DNA from: an uncultured virus (IMG/VR IMGVR_UViG_2061766007_000712)
Lineage: Duplodnaviria > Heunggongvirae > Uroviricota > Caudoviricetes
Reading direction: 5' to 3' (one strand)
Length of the DNA: 64,000 nt
Virus record (IMG/VR): IMGVR_UViG_2061766007_000712
The position numbers were made by a program, and so were the translations under genes. Below are positions 41,289 to 49,912 of this stretch, piece after piece. Positions within the stretch are counted from its first letter, which is position 1, and every line of letters begins with the position of its first letter. Below the pieces are notes generated by a model, which was not told where the DNA came from, ran no database searches, and saw only the letters and a list, made by a program, of their open reading frames with translations.

Positions 41289-41734
41289 TAAGCATATCTT
41301 TTAACAACTATATTTGCATTTTTTACGATTGGAATTTGGGTATCAGTAGTTGTTCCATCATAAGTTATACTTGGTAAACTAGCAACAGTAACACTTACAC
41401 TTCCTCTTCCACAAACTCTTATATATTTAGTTGTTCCAATATTAGAATAAACCCCAACAGTTACAGGTGTATCCATTTCACTTCCTGCAAGTTGTGTTCC
41501 ATCAGTAAAAATCGCAAAAGCAATATTACCAGCAGTAGCACTTGTTACATTTGCATTAAAATCAATTTCATAAATTCCTCCTGCAACAATATTAAAAGTG
41601 GCACTACCTTCATTGTGGTTTAACCAACCGTTAAAACAGTTAGCACTTGCAGTTCTTAAATCAGTATCAGCAAATGTTATAGGCGAAGTATTTGAAGTTA
41701 AAACTAATTCTTGTTCTTGTACACTTTGTATCAT
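41288..41734 (-). CDS. BclA C-terminal-like jelly-roll protein
   Basis: Start MIQSVQEQ after AAAGGAGA; GIYEIDFNANV...G.QL.GS. Confidence 0.6.
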   Translation of the reverse strand: MIQSVQEQELVLTSNTSPITFADTDLRTASANCFNGWLNHNEGSATFNIVAGGIYEIDFNANVTSATAGNIAFAIFTDGTQLAGSEMDTPVTVGVYSNIGTTKYIRVCGRGSVSVTVASLPSITYDGTTTDTQIPIVKNANIVVKRYA

Positions 41735-41829
41735 ATTTTCTTTTTCTCCTTTCAAATTTTTGCACAATATTTCTAATATTTTGTGCATTTTAAAAATAAA
41801 AGAGAATAGAACTATGCCTATTCTCTTAA

Positions 41830-41950
41830 AATTAGCAATTTCTGTTACAGAACAACCTTTAATCTTCATCTCTAATATTTTAGATAGTTCATCGCTCAGC
41901 ATTAATTTCGATTTTATTTCATCATATTCTTGCCGAGTTAAATCAAACAT
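41830..41950 (-). pseudogene. Truncated sigma-r4/LuxR-like HTH gene
   Basis: ILEMKIKGCSVTEIA stops mid-HTH and runs into a terminator hairpin. Confidence 0.5.
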
Positions 41951-42066
41951 TTTTTCTTATTTTTTCCCTCTCGTTGATACAAAAGCACCACAAGTTTTGC
42001 AATGCCTTCTACCACTTTTATCTAACTTCGTATCGCTTTTCCTCATTTTCTTAGTTACTTTTACTT

Positions 42067-42336
42067 TTATTTTTCCCAAATATCATCACCTATTTTTATA
42101 GTTGAACTTTCTACCGTTTCGACATCTTCTATGGAAATTTCGCTTGTATTCGTTATTTCAGTACATTTTAAGTAAATAACATAAGATACTAAACACATTA
42201 GCATTATAAAAGTGATTAGCCACATAGCAAATAATCTTTTGTTAACAGTTTTTGCTTCTCTTAGCAATTCCATACCAAAACTTTCGTTTTTTAATTGATT
42301 TAATTCTTTTTTCGCATTATTCAAATCTTCTCTCAT
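42067..42336 (-). CDS. Single-TM membrane protein
   Basis: Central hydrophobic helix. Confidence 0.65.
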   Translation of the reverse strand: MREDLNNAKKELNQLKNESFGMELLREAKTVNKRLFAMWLITFIMLMCLVSYVIYLKCTEITNTSEISIEDVETVESSTIKIGDDIWEK

Positions 42337-42337
42337 C

Positions 42338-42601
42338 CTAAGACCCCCTGTGATATTCTTGTATGTGATGTTTCATAGCAGTATCTATTCTACTATCAAT
42401 TTCTTTATCATAGCCATCTAATTTGTTTTCGATTTTTGATAGTGCTTTTTCAATATTATCCAATTTTGTATCGAATTGCCCCCATTTATAACTATCTTCC
42501 TTTGTATCCTTGTTTGATTTGTCTTTTCTATTAAGTACAAATGTTGCAATACAAAAAACGACACTTAAAATTGATATTACTGTTGCTAAAGTTAATTCCA
42601 T
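42338..42601 (-). CDS. Membrane-anchored coiled-coil protein (XhlA/holin-like)
   Basis: N-terminal TM then coiled coil; AGGAGG RBS. Confidence 0.6.
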   Translation of the reverse strand: MELTLATVISILSVVFCIATFVLNRKDKSNKDTKEDSYKWGQFDTKLDNIEKALSKIENKLDGYDKEIDSRIDTAMKHHIQEYHRGS

Positions 42602-42656
42602 AAGATGCCTCCTCTTTATGCTATCAATATACCATTATTTTAACAATTTAGTCAAA

Positions 42657-42998
42657 TCATAGGCTTAAAATCTCAAAAAGGTCGATTTGCCCCTCTTCTA
42701 TATCTTCTTTTGCTTCTTTTTCTCTTATTTTTTTATTTTTCTTATAAAATTTATCGTATTCTTTCTTTAATTTTGTAAGATTATTAATTCCTGAAATATA
42801 TAGCCATAAATAGTCTTTTAAAGGTTCTTTTTTACTGCATTTCATAATACATAATTGATGATAATAATACCATTTATAAACTTCTCTTGTATCTTGGTCG
42901 AATAAACTGTATGCTTTCCTTGCCAAATCTCTCATTTCATATATTTCATCAAAAGAAACAAAACTAATTTTTCCTATTTTTTCCATTATCTCTTTCAC
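42657..42998 (-). CDS. Hypothetical protein
   Basis: AGGAGGT RBS, GTG start; C-terminal EGQIDLF resembles a beta-clamp-binding motif. Confidence 0.65.
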   Translation of the reverse strand: MKEIMEKIGKISFVSFDEIYEMRDLARKAYSLFDQDTREVYKWYYYHQLCIMKCSKKEPLKDYLWLYISGINNLTKLKKEYDKFYKKNKKIREKEAKEDIEEGQIDLFEILSL

Positions 42999-43051
42999 TT
43001 TTTAACCTCCTTTTTACTAAAAAAGAGCATAAAAGTCCTAGACCTTATGCT

Positions 43052-43087
43052 CTAAATAGTAACAACACCTAACTGATTTAAAAACAT
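43052..43087 (-). CDS. 11-aa micro-ORF MFLNQLGVVTI
   Basis: TTGCAA-17-TATACT promoter, AGGAGG RBS 7 nt upstream, stop overlapping a terminator. Confidence 0.5.
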   Translation of the reverse strand: MFLNQLGVVTI

Positions 43088-43141
43088 AGCCATACCTCCT
43101 ACTCTATATAAAGTATAGCACATTTTTAACAAAATTGCAAC

Positions 43142-43258
43142 AAAAAAGGATAGGCTTATGCCTACCCACTAGAAAGGGGAAAAATTGTGCAATATACTAT
43201 TGCGATACGGTGTATTAATACACATAATTATAGTAGCACATTAGTATATAAATGTCAA
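43142..43258 (-). ncRNA. Candidate anti-SD small RNA
   Basis: TTGACA-17-TACTAT; hairpins; TTTTTCCCCTTTCT; terminator GGGTAGGC-ATAA-GCCTATCC-TTTTTT. Confidence 0.55.
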
Positions 43259-43259
43259 A

Positions 43260-43880
43260 TTAACGATTTTCTCCTTTTGCACTTAAACTTCCTGCTCTTG
43301 GATAATTGTAATGATACATCAATTTATGAGTAAAATAGCAATATGGGTACTTTTCCATCAATTTTAAGTGTAATTCCTTATCTTCGGCATATTGTTTACC
43401 TACTGTGTATCTTAAATCACCCAAAAATGACCTTTTTATGAACTTAAAATTGCCATATTTGCATTGATAATTGTTCTGGTCAGCCTTAAATACATATTTA
43501 TTATTACTTTCCATATCATAGAACACCATATCATATTCACTATTTAGGTAATTATCTACAATTTCATTAAAAATCTTAGGATAAATATAATCATCGCTAT
43601 CTAACATAAGAATATACTCGCCTTTGGCATATTCTAAACCACGATTTCTTGCATAAGATACACCACAATTATCAACTAGGTCAATTAATTCACCTTTTAT
43701 TTTGCTTTTTGACATATATTTATCTATTATCTTATAAGTATCATCAGTTGAACCATCATTTATACAAATAATTTCAATGTCATCTCGTTTAGGAATACTT
43801 TTTAGGCATTTCTCTATCCATTTTCCACTGTTGTAGCAAGGAATAATGACAGATACTAATATATTATTCTTCATTGTCAA
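43260..43880 (-). CDS. Glycosyltransferase family 2
   Basis: VSVIIPCYN, INDGSTD, GVSYARNRGL, LDSDD, ED. Confidence 0.93.
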   Translation of the reverse strand: MTMKNNILVSVIIPCYNSGKWIEKCLKSIPKRDDIEIICINDGSTDDTYKIIDKYMSKSKIKGELIDLVDNCGVSYARNRGLEYAKGEYILMLDSDDYIYPKIFNEIVDNYLNSEYDMVFYDMESNNKYVFKADQNNYQCKYGNFKFIKRSFLGDLRYTVGKQYAEDKELHLKLMEKYPYCYFTHKLMYHYNYPRAGSLSAKGENR

Positions 43881-44670
43881 ATAGTCCTTCTATTTCCCTT
43901 GAATATGCTGAATAAAACCATTCATCAAACCTATCGTATTTTTTAGATAACTCGAAGTTTTTTTCTAATGCTCTTTGAACTTCTTCATCGTAATATGCTT
44001 CTTCAAACATTTCTTTATTTTCAAGCATATAATCTATTTTATTTGTTAACTCTTCGATAGAATGACAAACTATCATACTGTCAGTATTAAAGAATTTATC
44101 TATATCTCTAGCACCGTAATAAATAGGCACTGTCTTAGTGGCAAAGCAATTACATAATTTTTCGGTGAACCATATATTATCTATATGATTTTCTATAATA
44201 ATAGAGTACATATAAGGTTCTAATGTATCTAGTGGCTGTGTATATTCGCCACCATCAATAGTGCCATACACATCTATTTTATCCATATATTTCCTTGCAA
44301 TTCTTTTTCTTTCTTTATGTAGTTCACACATTTCTTTATTGCTTGATGTCATAGACATAAATTTAGTCTTTTTAGGGTTTTCACTTCTACACCATACTCC
44401 ACCCCATAAAATAGGCTTTGCATTAGGTAAAACTGCTAGAAGTTGGCTGTCGTGAGTGAATACATATTCGTACTCTCCTGCTACCTTTAAAGCATATTCA
44501 TATACAGCCTCTTGTATTGGTTTAGGTTCGATTAAAAGCATTACCTGCTTGCCTTCTCTTTTATTAGCGAATATTTGTTCATCTACAACACATTTTACAG
44601 GACTATCCTTATCCCAAAAGTCTTTCCTACCGTAATCGGTATATTGGCTGACTAATCGCATCTTATTCAT
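43864..44670 (-). CDS. Glycosyltransferase family 10 (fucosyltransferase-like)
   Basis: Y.YSIIIEN....WFTEKL.NCF....VPIYYG motif. Confidence 0.8.
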   Translation of the reverse strand: MNKMRLVSQYTDYGRKDFWDKDSPVKCVVDEQIFANKREGKQVMLLIEPKPIQEAVYEYALKVAGEYEYVFTHDSQLLAVLPNAKPILWGGVWCRSENPKKTKFMSMTSSNKEMCELHKERKRIARKYMDKIDVYGTIDGGEYTQPLDTLEPYMYSIIIENHIDNIWFTEKLCNCFATKTVPIYYGARDIDKFFNTDSMIVCHSIEELTNKIDYMLENKEMFEEAYYDEEVQRALEKNFELSKKYDRFDEWFYSAYSREIEGLFDNEE

Positions 44671-44953
44671 TTCTCTTCTTCACCTTTTCCTTTATATCTA
44701 ATATTTCTCTTTTTAAGTCAGGACAAGACATATCTCTAATATGTTCGTACTCTACTTTCTCTCGGTAAATTTCAAACATCTCTCTACTATTTATTCTCAA
44801 ATATATCTCATCCATATTGTTTTCCCTCTTTATAATTAAAACATTAGGGTTTTCGTATTTTTCAATATTGCATCGAATGGGTGATAGTAAGCCTAATTCA
44901 TTTCTCGATGCAAATATCATTTGCCTCATATTCATATCGTAAGCCTTATACAT
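44663..44953 (-). CDS. Hypothetical protein
   Basis: AGGAGG RBS, TG-extended TATACT -10 upstream. Confidence 0.65.
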   Translation of the reverse strand: MYKAYDMNMRQMIFASRNELGLLSPIRCNIEKYENPNVLIIKRENNMDEIYLRINSREMFEIYREKVEYEHIRDMSCPDLKREILDIKEKVKKRNE

Positions 44954-44995
44954 AGTTTCCTCCTACCTTATACAAATAGTATAGCACATTTTAAT

Positions 44996-45027
44996 AAAAA
45001 AATAAAGAGCATATAAAAATGCTCTTC
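44996..45027 (-). terminator. Terminator of the non-coding unit
   Basis: AAGAGCAT-TTTTAT-ATGCTCTT-TATTTTTT. Confidence 0.75.
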
Positions 45028-45050
45028 GAATAGGAATGAAAAAAACATAT

Positions 45051-45124
45051 TTTACTAGCACTACACCGATAGGAAGGTAAAGGACACACCCTCTTATCAG
45101 TGTACTACCAGCAAAGGTAGTACG
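45051..45124 (-). ncRNA. Structured RNA repeat unit 1 (possibly skipping-rope-like)
   Basis: TTTGCTGG-TAG-[stem, short insert, stem]-GTG-CTAGTAAA. Confidence 0.65.
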
Positions 45125-45265
45125 AAAGTATTGGACTTACATCCTAGTAAAGAATATTCAGGGGTTAGATGTTTTTAGGCATCTAAAAATGAATAATGAA
45201 TAGTGCCGATAACATAAGGGTACTTGCACCTCTTTTCGCCTTTCCCCTATATTATGAAGGTTATA

Positions 45266-45389
45266 TTATAAGCACTGTACTAATGATATAAAGGTTATTT
45301 TGCATACCTCATTAAGAATACCAACCTTTTTCATCTTAATGCCTATTGTACTTTTATATATCATCAGTACACTACCTATAAAAGTAGTG
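45266..45389 (-). ncRNA. Structured RNA repeat unit 2
   Basis: TTATAGG-TAG-TGTACTGATGATATA...TATATCATTAGTACA-GTG-CTTATAA. Confidence 0.7.
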
Positions 45390-45610
45390 GCTAATTGTGT
45401 CGCTATCCCAAGACACTATTGGGTGATTTTGTTTGACATATTAGCAATGCCCACATTCAAAAATCATAAAAGTATCCTTTTTATGGATAAAGGTTCATCC
45501 ACTGTTCCCATCACAGTTGATACCTTACATTTAATTGGGTAATTACTCCCAACATAGTAAGGAATTTAAGTGCTTTCTAAAATCTTAATTCCATACAGGA
45601 TATTAAGCCC

Positions 45611-45785
45611 ATTCATAAGCACCATTTAGTAGATATAATAAATACTATGTTGAGCCTCTTCATCACCGAGTAGGAGATAACTCCAACTCAGGCAGGGGTT
45701 GAACCTGCGATTATTTATCTTTTTACCTTACTGTATAAGGTTCTATCTATTATATCTACTCAATGCTACCTATAAAAGATAGCAC
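45611..45785 (-). ncRNA. Structured RNA repeat unit 3
   Basis: TTTATAGG-TAG-CATTGAGTAGATATAATA...TATTATATCTACTAAATG-GTG-CTTATGAA. Confidence 0.7.
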
Positions 45786-45833
45786 GACGTTTTATGAATA
45801 ATGAATTAGTAATGCTTTTGGCATTACATTAAA

Positions 45834-45862
45834 ATTATATCATTTTTATTTTTGATTTGCAA
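45834..45862 (-). promoter_or_regulatory. SigmaA promoter driving the non-coding unit
   Basis: TTGCAA-17-TATAAT with TG extension, overlapping the end of the minor capsid gene. Confidence 0.7.
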
Positions 45863-47093
45863 CTCTACGATAATCGCTTACTCTTAATCTTTGCATTTTG
45901 GTTGGCAAACCACTTTCTTCTGATAATCTTTTATACTTTTTAGATAATTTCATTATATTTTTTTGTGCATTAGCTACCAATTCTTTATTTCCACTTGTTC
46001 TAGCAAGTATTTGAATGTCCTTTTGTTCTCTAATAGCACGTTCTAATTTTCTTTGATATTGTGTGCCTTCATAATTGGTGTAATGTCTATAATCTTTTAT
46101 TCTTTCATCATAGAAATAAAAACCTTCATCATTCTTGATTCTTATTTCATTTAATTCACTATCAGTGTATTCTGGTTCACTTACACCAAGAATAATACTG
46201 AATATGTAGTGATAACAATTCATTTCACTAATAGGACGATAACCATTTTTATGGTCATGATCTAATGTGTAAGTGTTCCCTTTATAATCTTTTGCTTCTT
46301 CTCCCCTATTTAATTTATCGAATTCTTCTAAACTAAATTGTCTCCCCTGTACTTCTTCATGGTCGACAGCAGGGTTTTCGTGAACTGATATTTCATAACC
46401 ATCAGCACCAAATTCGGCACCGATTATTTTTTGATTCTCATTGTGTAATTCTCTTAATCTTCCTTTTAAGTGCATTCTTACTGCTGAATCAAGTCTTATT
46501 GACTTGCCACTCTCATATTCAATGGTTTTTAGTCCACTTCCACCTATTTCTTTCATAATACTTGTCATAGCACTATCAAATGTGTCTTTTCCCTGTCCTA
46601 CATTTAAAAGTGCTTCATCAAGAACTCTATTGTATGTTTCTCTTAAACCATAGAATTGTGTTTTTCCATTTAGGTCTTTCAGAGTGTAACCAATGACATT
46701 TGACCTAGTGAAATTATACATTTCATTCTTCACTATGTTAGATAGTGCCATAGTTTGCATTTTTAAGGCACTATTTTGCTCGAAAGGAACAAAGGGTATA
46801 TTTCTATACTCATAAAACTTTTTGTAGAAAATTTGGTCTTTTTTTGCATAATTATAGAATATCTCATCAATATCAGCAATGTTTAGTTTTGTGTAATATG
46901 AAATTTCATTTAAAATTTCTTCATAACTACCACCATATTTTAGAATTTGAACCAATTTTTGTGCTTGTGATGGTGTTAAGTCTCTTACTTTCTTAATAGA
47001 AGAACCTATCTTCATAAGAAAATAGGTGTTTGTTTGTTCAATTCTTCTAATAAGTCTTTCTACTAATAATTCAGCAGTCTTTTCATCTATCAT
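45846..47093 (-). CDS. Phage minor capsid protein (minor capsid 2-like), phage B
   Basis: EISVH....DH...QG, NC.H, QR.LER.IR..K; follows portal. Confidence 0.85.
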   Translation of the reverse strand: MIDEKTAELLVERLIRRIEQTNTYFLMKIGSSIKKVRDLTPSQAQKLVQILKYGGSYEEILNEISYYTKLNIADIDEIFYNYAKKDQIFYKKFYEYRNIPFVPFEQNSALKMQTMALSNIVKNEMYNFTRSNVIGYTLKDLNGKTQFYGLRETYNRVLDEALLNVGQGKDTFDSAMTSIMKEIGGSGLKTIEYESGKSIRLDSAVRMHLKGRLRELHNENQKIIGAEFGADGYEISVHENPAVDHEEVQGRQFSLEEFDKLNRGEEAKDYKGNTYTLDHDHKNGYRPISEMNCYHYIFSIILGVSEPEYTDSELNEIRIKNDEGFYFYDERIKDYRHYTNYEGTQYQRKLERAIREQKDIQILARTSGNKELVANAQKNIMKLSKKYKRLSEESGLPTKMQRLRVSDYRRVANQK

Positions 47094-47106
47094 ATAGGAT
47101 CATCTC

Positions 47107-48555
47107 CTATTCTTGATTTTCATTTCTATCTCTTGTTCCTAATAAATCGTCAATGTTAGAATCTTCTTCTTTGATTTCTTCGATAGCTTTCTTTGCAATT
47201 TCTTCGGTTTCTCCAAATATTCTTTCTCTATATTCAACTTTACTAATTATTCCGGCACTTTGCTCTCTCATTGCTCTATTTGATTCAGTTTCTTTATCTT
47301 CTACTATACTATCATCAAATTTGATAACCATATCTTTTGTGTCAATATTATATTTTCCAAATTTACTAGAAGCATAACAAATAGCATTTACTAAATCATA
47401 AATAGCACTTTCATAACCAGTTTCAAGTTTTTTCTTTCTTCTGAATAATTTACTATTGGAACTTACCACAGCAGTTGCTGTACTTAAATTACTTCCGTCG
47501 AAATGATAATGATTTTCTCCAAAACCAACTTTATTTCCTAAAATGTTTAATGCAGTATTTGTTGCACTAATTTGTTTGTCAGTTCTTAAATCGTCACTAT
47601 CACTTTGAATTAAATCATCTTTTGTTGCACCTGTTGGCAATTGATAAACGGTTGTGTCATTTGGATCAAATGTTAATCTCCCATTTCCATCATCATAATT
47701 CATTGCTTCAGCTCTTACAAATGTTCTTCTTCTTCCATCTTTAATTTCATTTACAATTGCATCATAGCAAATATCAACTGCTTTTAAGTCATCAATTGCA
47801 TTTGCATAATGTGGAATACCAAATGGACTATTGTTAAATAAATTGTTTGTTAATAATGGTTTGAATATTGCAAACCAAGGTGTGCTTGACTTTGTGTCAA
47901 ATTCTTTCATTGTTGTTTCTTCAGTTGTTACTTCAGTTAAATTGCCATTTGTTTCTTTGAATAAATGGTTGTAAATAATATAATTGCCACTTGTTTCATC
48001 TTTTTTATGTACTGATAATATTACATACTTTTGACCTTTTACATATTCAACACTACCAAAAGCACATTCAGTTATTCCTTTATTATTCCAAGTTAATGGG
48101 TATATCCAGTCAATATCTACTAAATCAACTCTTGTTTTCGAATCAGAAGTATCTAGTGTCATACTATCTTGATTTTCAATTAAATCATAAACACTAACAA
48201 CAGCACTTTCAGTTCCTAATGCGCCTGATTTTTCTATTGACTGATTTATTAGTGAATATAAATCTAGTGAATTTATTAATTCTTCGAATTCCTTTTGTGA
48301 TTTATCATTCTTTAATGAAATCTCGCATTTTTCACTCCATAGAATGTCAGACCAGTCCTCACTAATTGTCTTTGCCATATTCATTGTAAATCTTTTTTGT
48401 TTTATTTTTCTATTACCATTGTAAATATAGTAATTGTGGAAACTTCTTACATTTCCTGCATACCAACTTTTCCATTGGTCTATGTATGTTTGTAATACAT
48501 TCTTTACGTCTGGGTTATAACCATAATTATTTACTAAAAAGTCATCTAGTTTCAT
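47107..48555 (-). CDS. Portal protein (A118-like), phage B
   Basis: W..WY.G, NMAK, SPFG...ANA...K..D, TAT.V.S, FDDSI. Confidence 0.9.
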   Translation of the reverse strand: MKLDDFLVNNYGYNPDVKNVLQTYIDQWKSWYAGNVRSFHNYYIYNGNRKIKQKRFTMNMAKTISEDWSDILWSEKCEISLKNDKSQKEFEELINSLDLYSLINQSIEKSGALGTESAVVSVYDLIENQDSMTLDTSDSKTRVDLVDIDWIYPLTWNNKGITECAFGSVEYVKGQKYVILSVHKKDETSGNYIIYNHLFKETNGNLTEVTTEETTMKEFDTKSSTPWFAIFKPLLTNNLFNNSPFGIPHYANAIDDLKAVDICYDAIVNEIKDGRRRTFVRAEAMNYDDGNGRLTFDPNDTTVYQLPTGATKDDLIQSDSDDLRTDKQISATNTALNILGNKVGFGENHYHFDGSNLSTATAVVSSNSKLFRRKKKLETGYESAIYDLVNAICYASSKFGKYNIDTKDMVIKFDDSIVEDKETESNRAMREQSAGIISKVEYRERIFGETEEIAKKAIEEIKEEDSNIDDLLGTRDRNENQE

Positions 48556-48568
48556 TTAATCAACTCCT

Positions 48569-49912
48569 TTAATATTGTATGTTCATCATTAATTTATCAT
48601 AGAATGGGAATGTAGCATATTCTTCAGCGTCCAAACTATCTATATCAGTTGTTCCATCATCAAGTCTTTCATCTTCATTTTTTTCGTCCCAAACTGCTTG
48701 AGAATATGCGTCAATGCTAGTTATACATTTTCTTAAAATAAATCTTCTTAATTGTGCAAATAGCATTTGATCCAAATAAATTCTATCAATTATTTTTCCT
48801 TTAGTGCAGTCATCAACGAAAATTGGAATTCCCTCTTGTTGTATGTATTTATTTAAACCATAAGTAAGAACTTGACCTAATGCACCATAGTCAGCAAATG
48901 CGTGAGTTACTTTTCCATATTTCTGAACTACTCTTTTATAGAACTCCACAAATGTCTTATAGAATTCTTCTGGTGTGTAAAGTCCTTCAATACTTTCTTC
49001 ATCTATTGTCCACACTTGTTTAAAGTGCTTTGTTATTCCTTTAGCTTTCAGTCGTGTCTTACCTTTGGTAGCACCATAGTCGACACCAATTGAAATTATC
49101 ATAAAGTTTATTCTATTTCCATCTTCATCAATTGCTTCATCTCTAATGTATAAGTTTTGATGATTACAAAATTGAGAATAGATAATACCTTCAGCACGAA
49201 CACGCATACCTAAAATGTTTCGATTATACCAAACACTTCCGGGTTCATATCTACTCTTAATTTGTTCTTTTCTTTCTTCAGTTATAGATAAATTATCTTC
49301 AATAGTAAAATGTTGGTATTGATAACCACCAACAAGTCCTTTTTCTTGCCATTTATCTATGTAATCAGTATATATCTTATGACTAGGATAACTTGGGTTC
49401 AAGTCCCATAGAGTAAGCATTTTATCAGCGGCAATTTGACGGTCAAATGCTACTTTAATAAAACTTGTTTGAGCGTCATCTCCATCATAATGCTCGTTTA
49501 TTTCAGTTGCTATCCATAAACCATAAGAGTTACCTAAAATCTTCTTGTATGAATCAGCCTTGCCACCACCAGCAAATATAACTATCTTCTCTCCTGTTTT
49601 GGTGCTTATGTATAATGCTTCATTGTCTTTGTATTTTCCCCAATGACAACGACCTCTAAATAAACATTCAAGCCCAAAACCATTGCAATAACCAATGTTA
49701 AGTTTTGCATTCGCTAGTGTACTTCCACTTGCCAAATGTATTTTATCTTTACATATTTCAAGATACATTTGAGCAATTATACAATGGTCTATTGTTTTAC
49801 CACTTCTTACAGCACCTTCAGCTACATTCATAATGTTGTCTAAAGCATTGGTTATGTAGTCAATGTGCTTTTGAGAAAAGGGAGCCCAATTTATTGTTTG
49901 GACATAATTCAT
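48569..49912 (-). CDS. terL: Terminase large subunit (PBSX-like), phage B
   Basis: EGAVRSGKT, ATE, DLNP, AEGIIY, GVDYG, D..DA.EY. Confidence 0.92.
   Translation of the reverse strand: MNYVQTINWAPFSQKHIDYITNALDNIMNVAEGAVRSGKTIDHCIIAQMYLEICKDKIHLASGSTLANAKLNIGYCNGFGLECLFRGRCHWGKYKDNEALYISTKTGEKIVIFAGGGKADSYKKILGNSYGLWIATEINEHYDGDDAQTSFIKVAFDRQIAADKMLTLWDLNPSYPSHKIYTDYIDKWQEKGLVGGYQYQHFTIEDNLSITEERKEQIKSRYEPGSVWYNRNILGMRVRAEGIIYSQFCNHQNLYIRDEAIDEDGNRINFMIISIGVDYGATKGKTRLKAKGITKHFKQVWTIDEESIEGLYTPEEFYKTFVEFYKRVVQKYGKVTHAFADYGALGQVLTYGLNKYIQQEGIPIFVDDCTKGKIIDRIYLDQMLFAQLRRFILRKCITSIDAYSQAVWDEKNEDERLDDGTTDIDSLDAEEYATFPFYDKLMMNIQY

Noticed and set aside
45361..45367. Hammerhead ribozyme core CUGAUGA
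   Set aside because: It is paired inside the unit-2 stem and lacks a correctly placed stem II-GAAA and cleavage triplet
45680..45750. Complete tRNA gene
   Set aside because: Only a T arm is present; no anticodon arm or acceptor stem
45051..45785. CRISPR array
   Set aside because: Units are conserved in structure rather than sequence, spacing is irregular and no cas genes are present
13322..48197. Plus-strand track ORFs overlapping minus-strand genes (e.g. 13322-13834, 27701-28306, 41598-42101) and 45300-45542
   Set aside because: Antisense shadows lacking RBS or recognisable motifs; the last overlaps the structured RNA region
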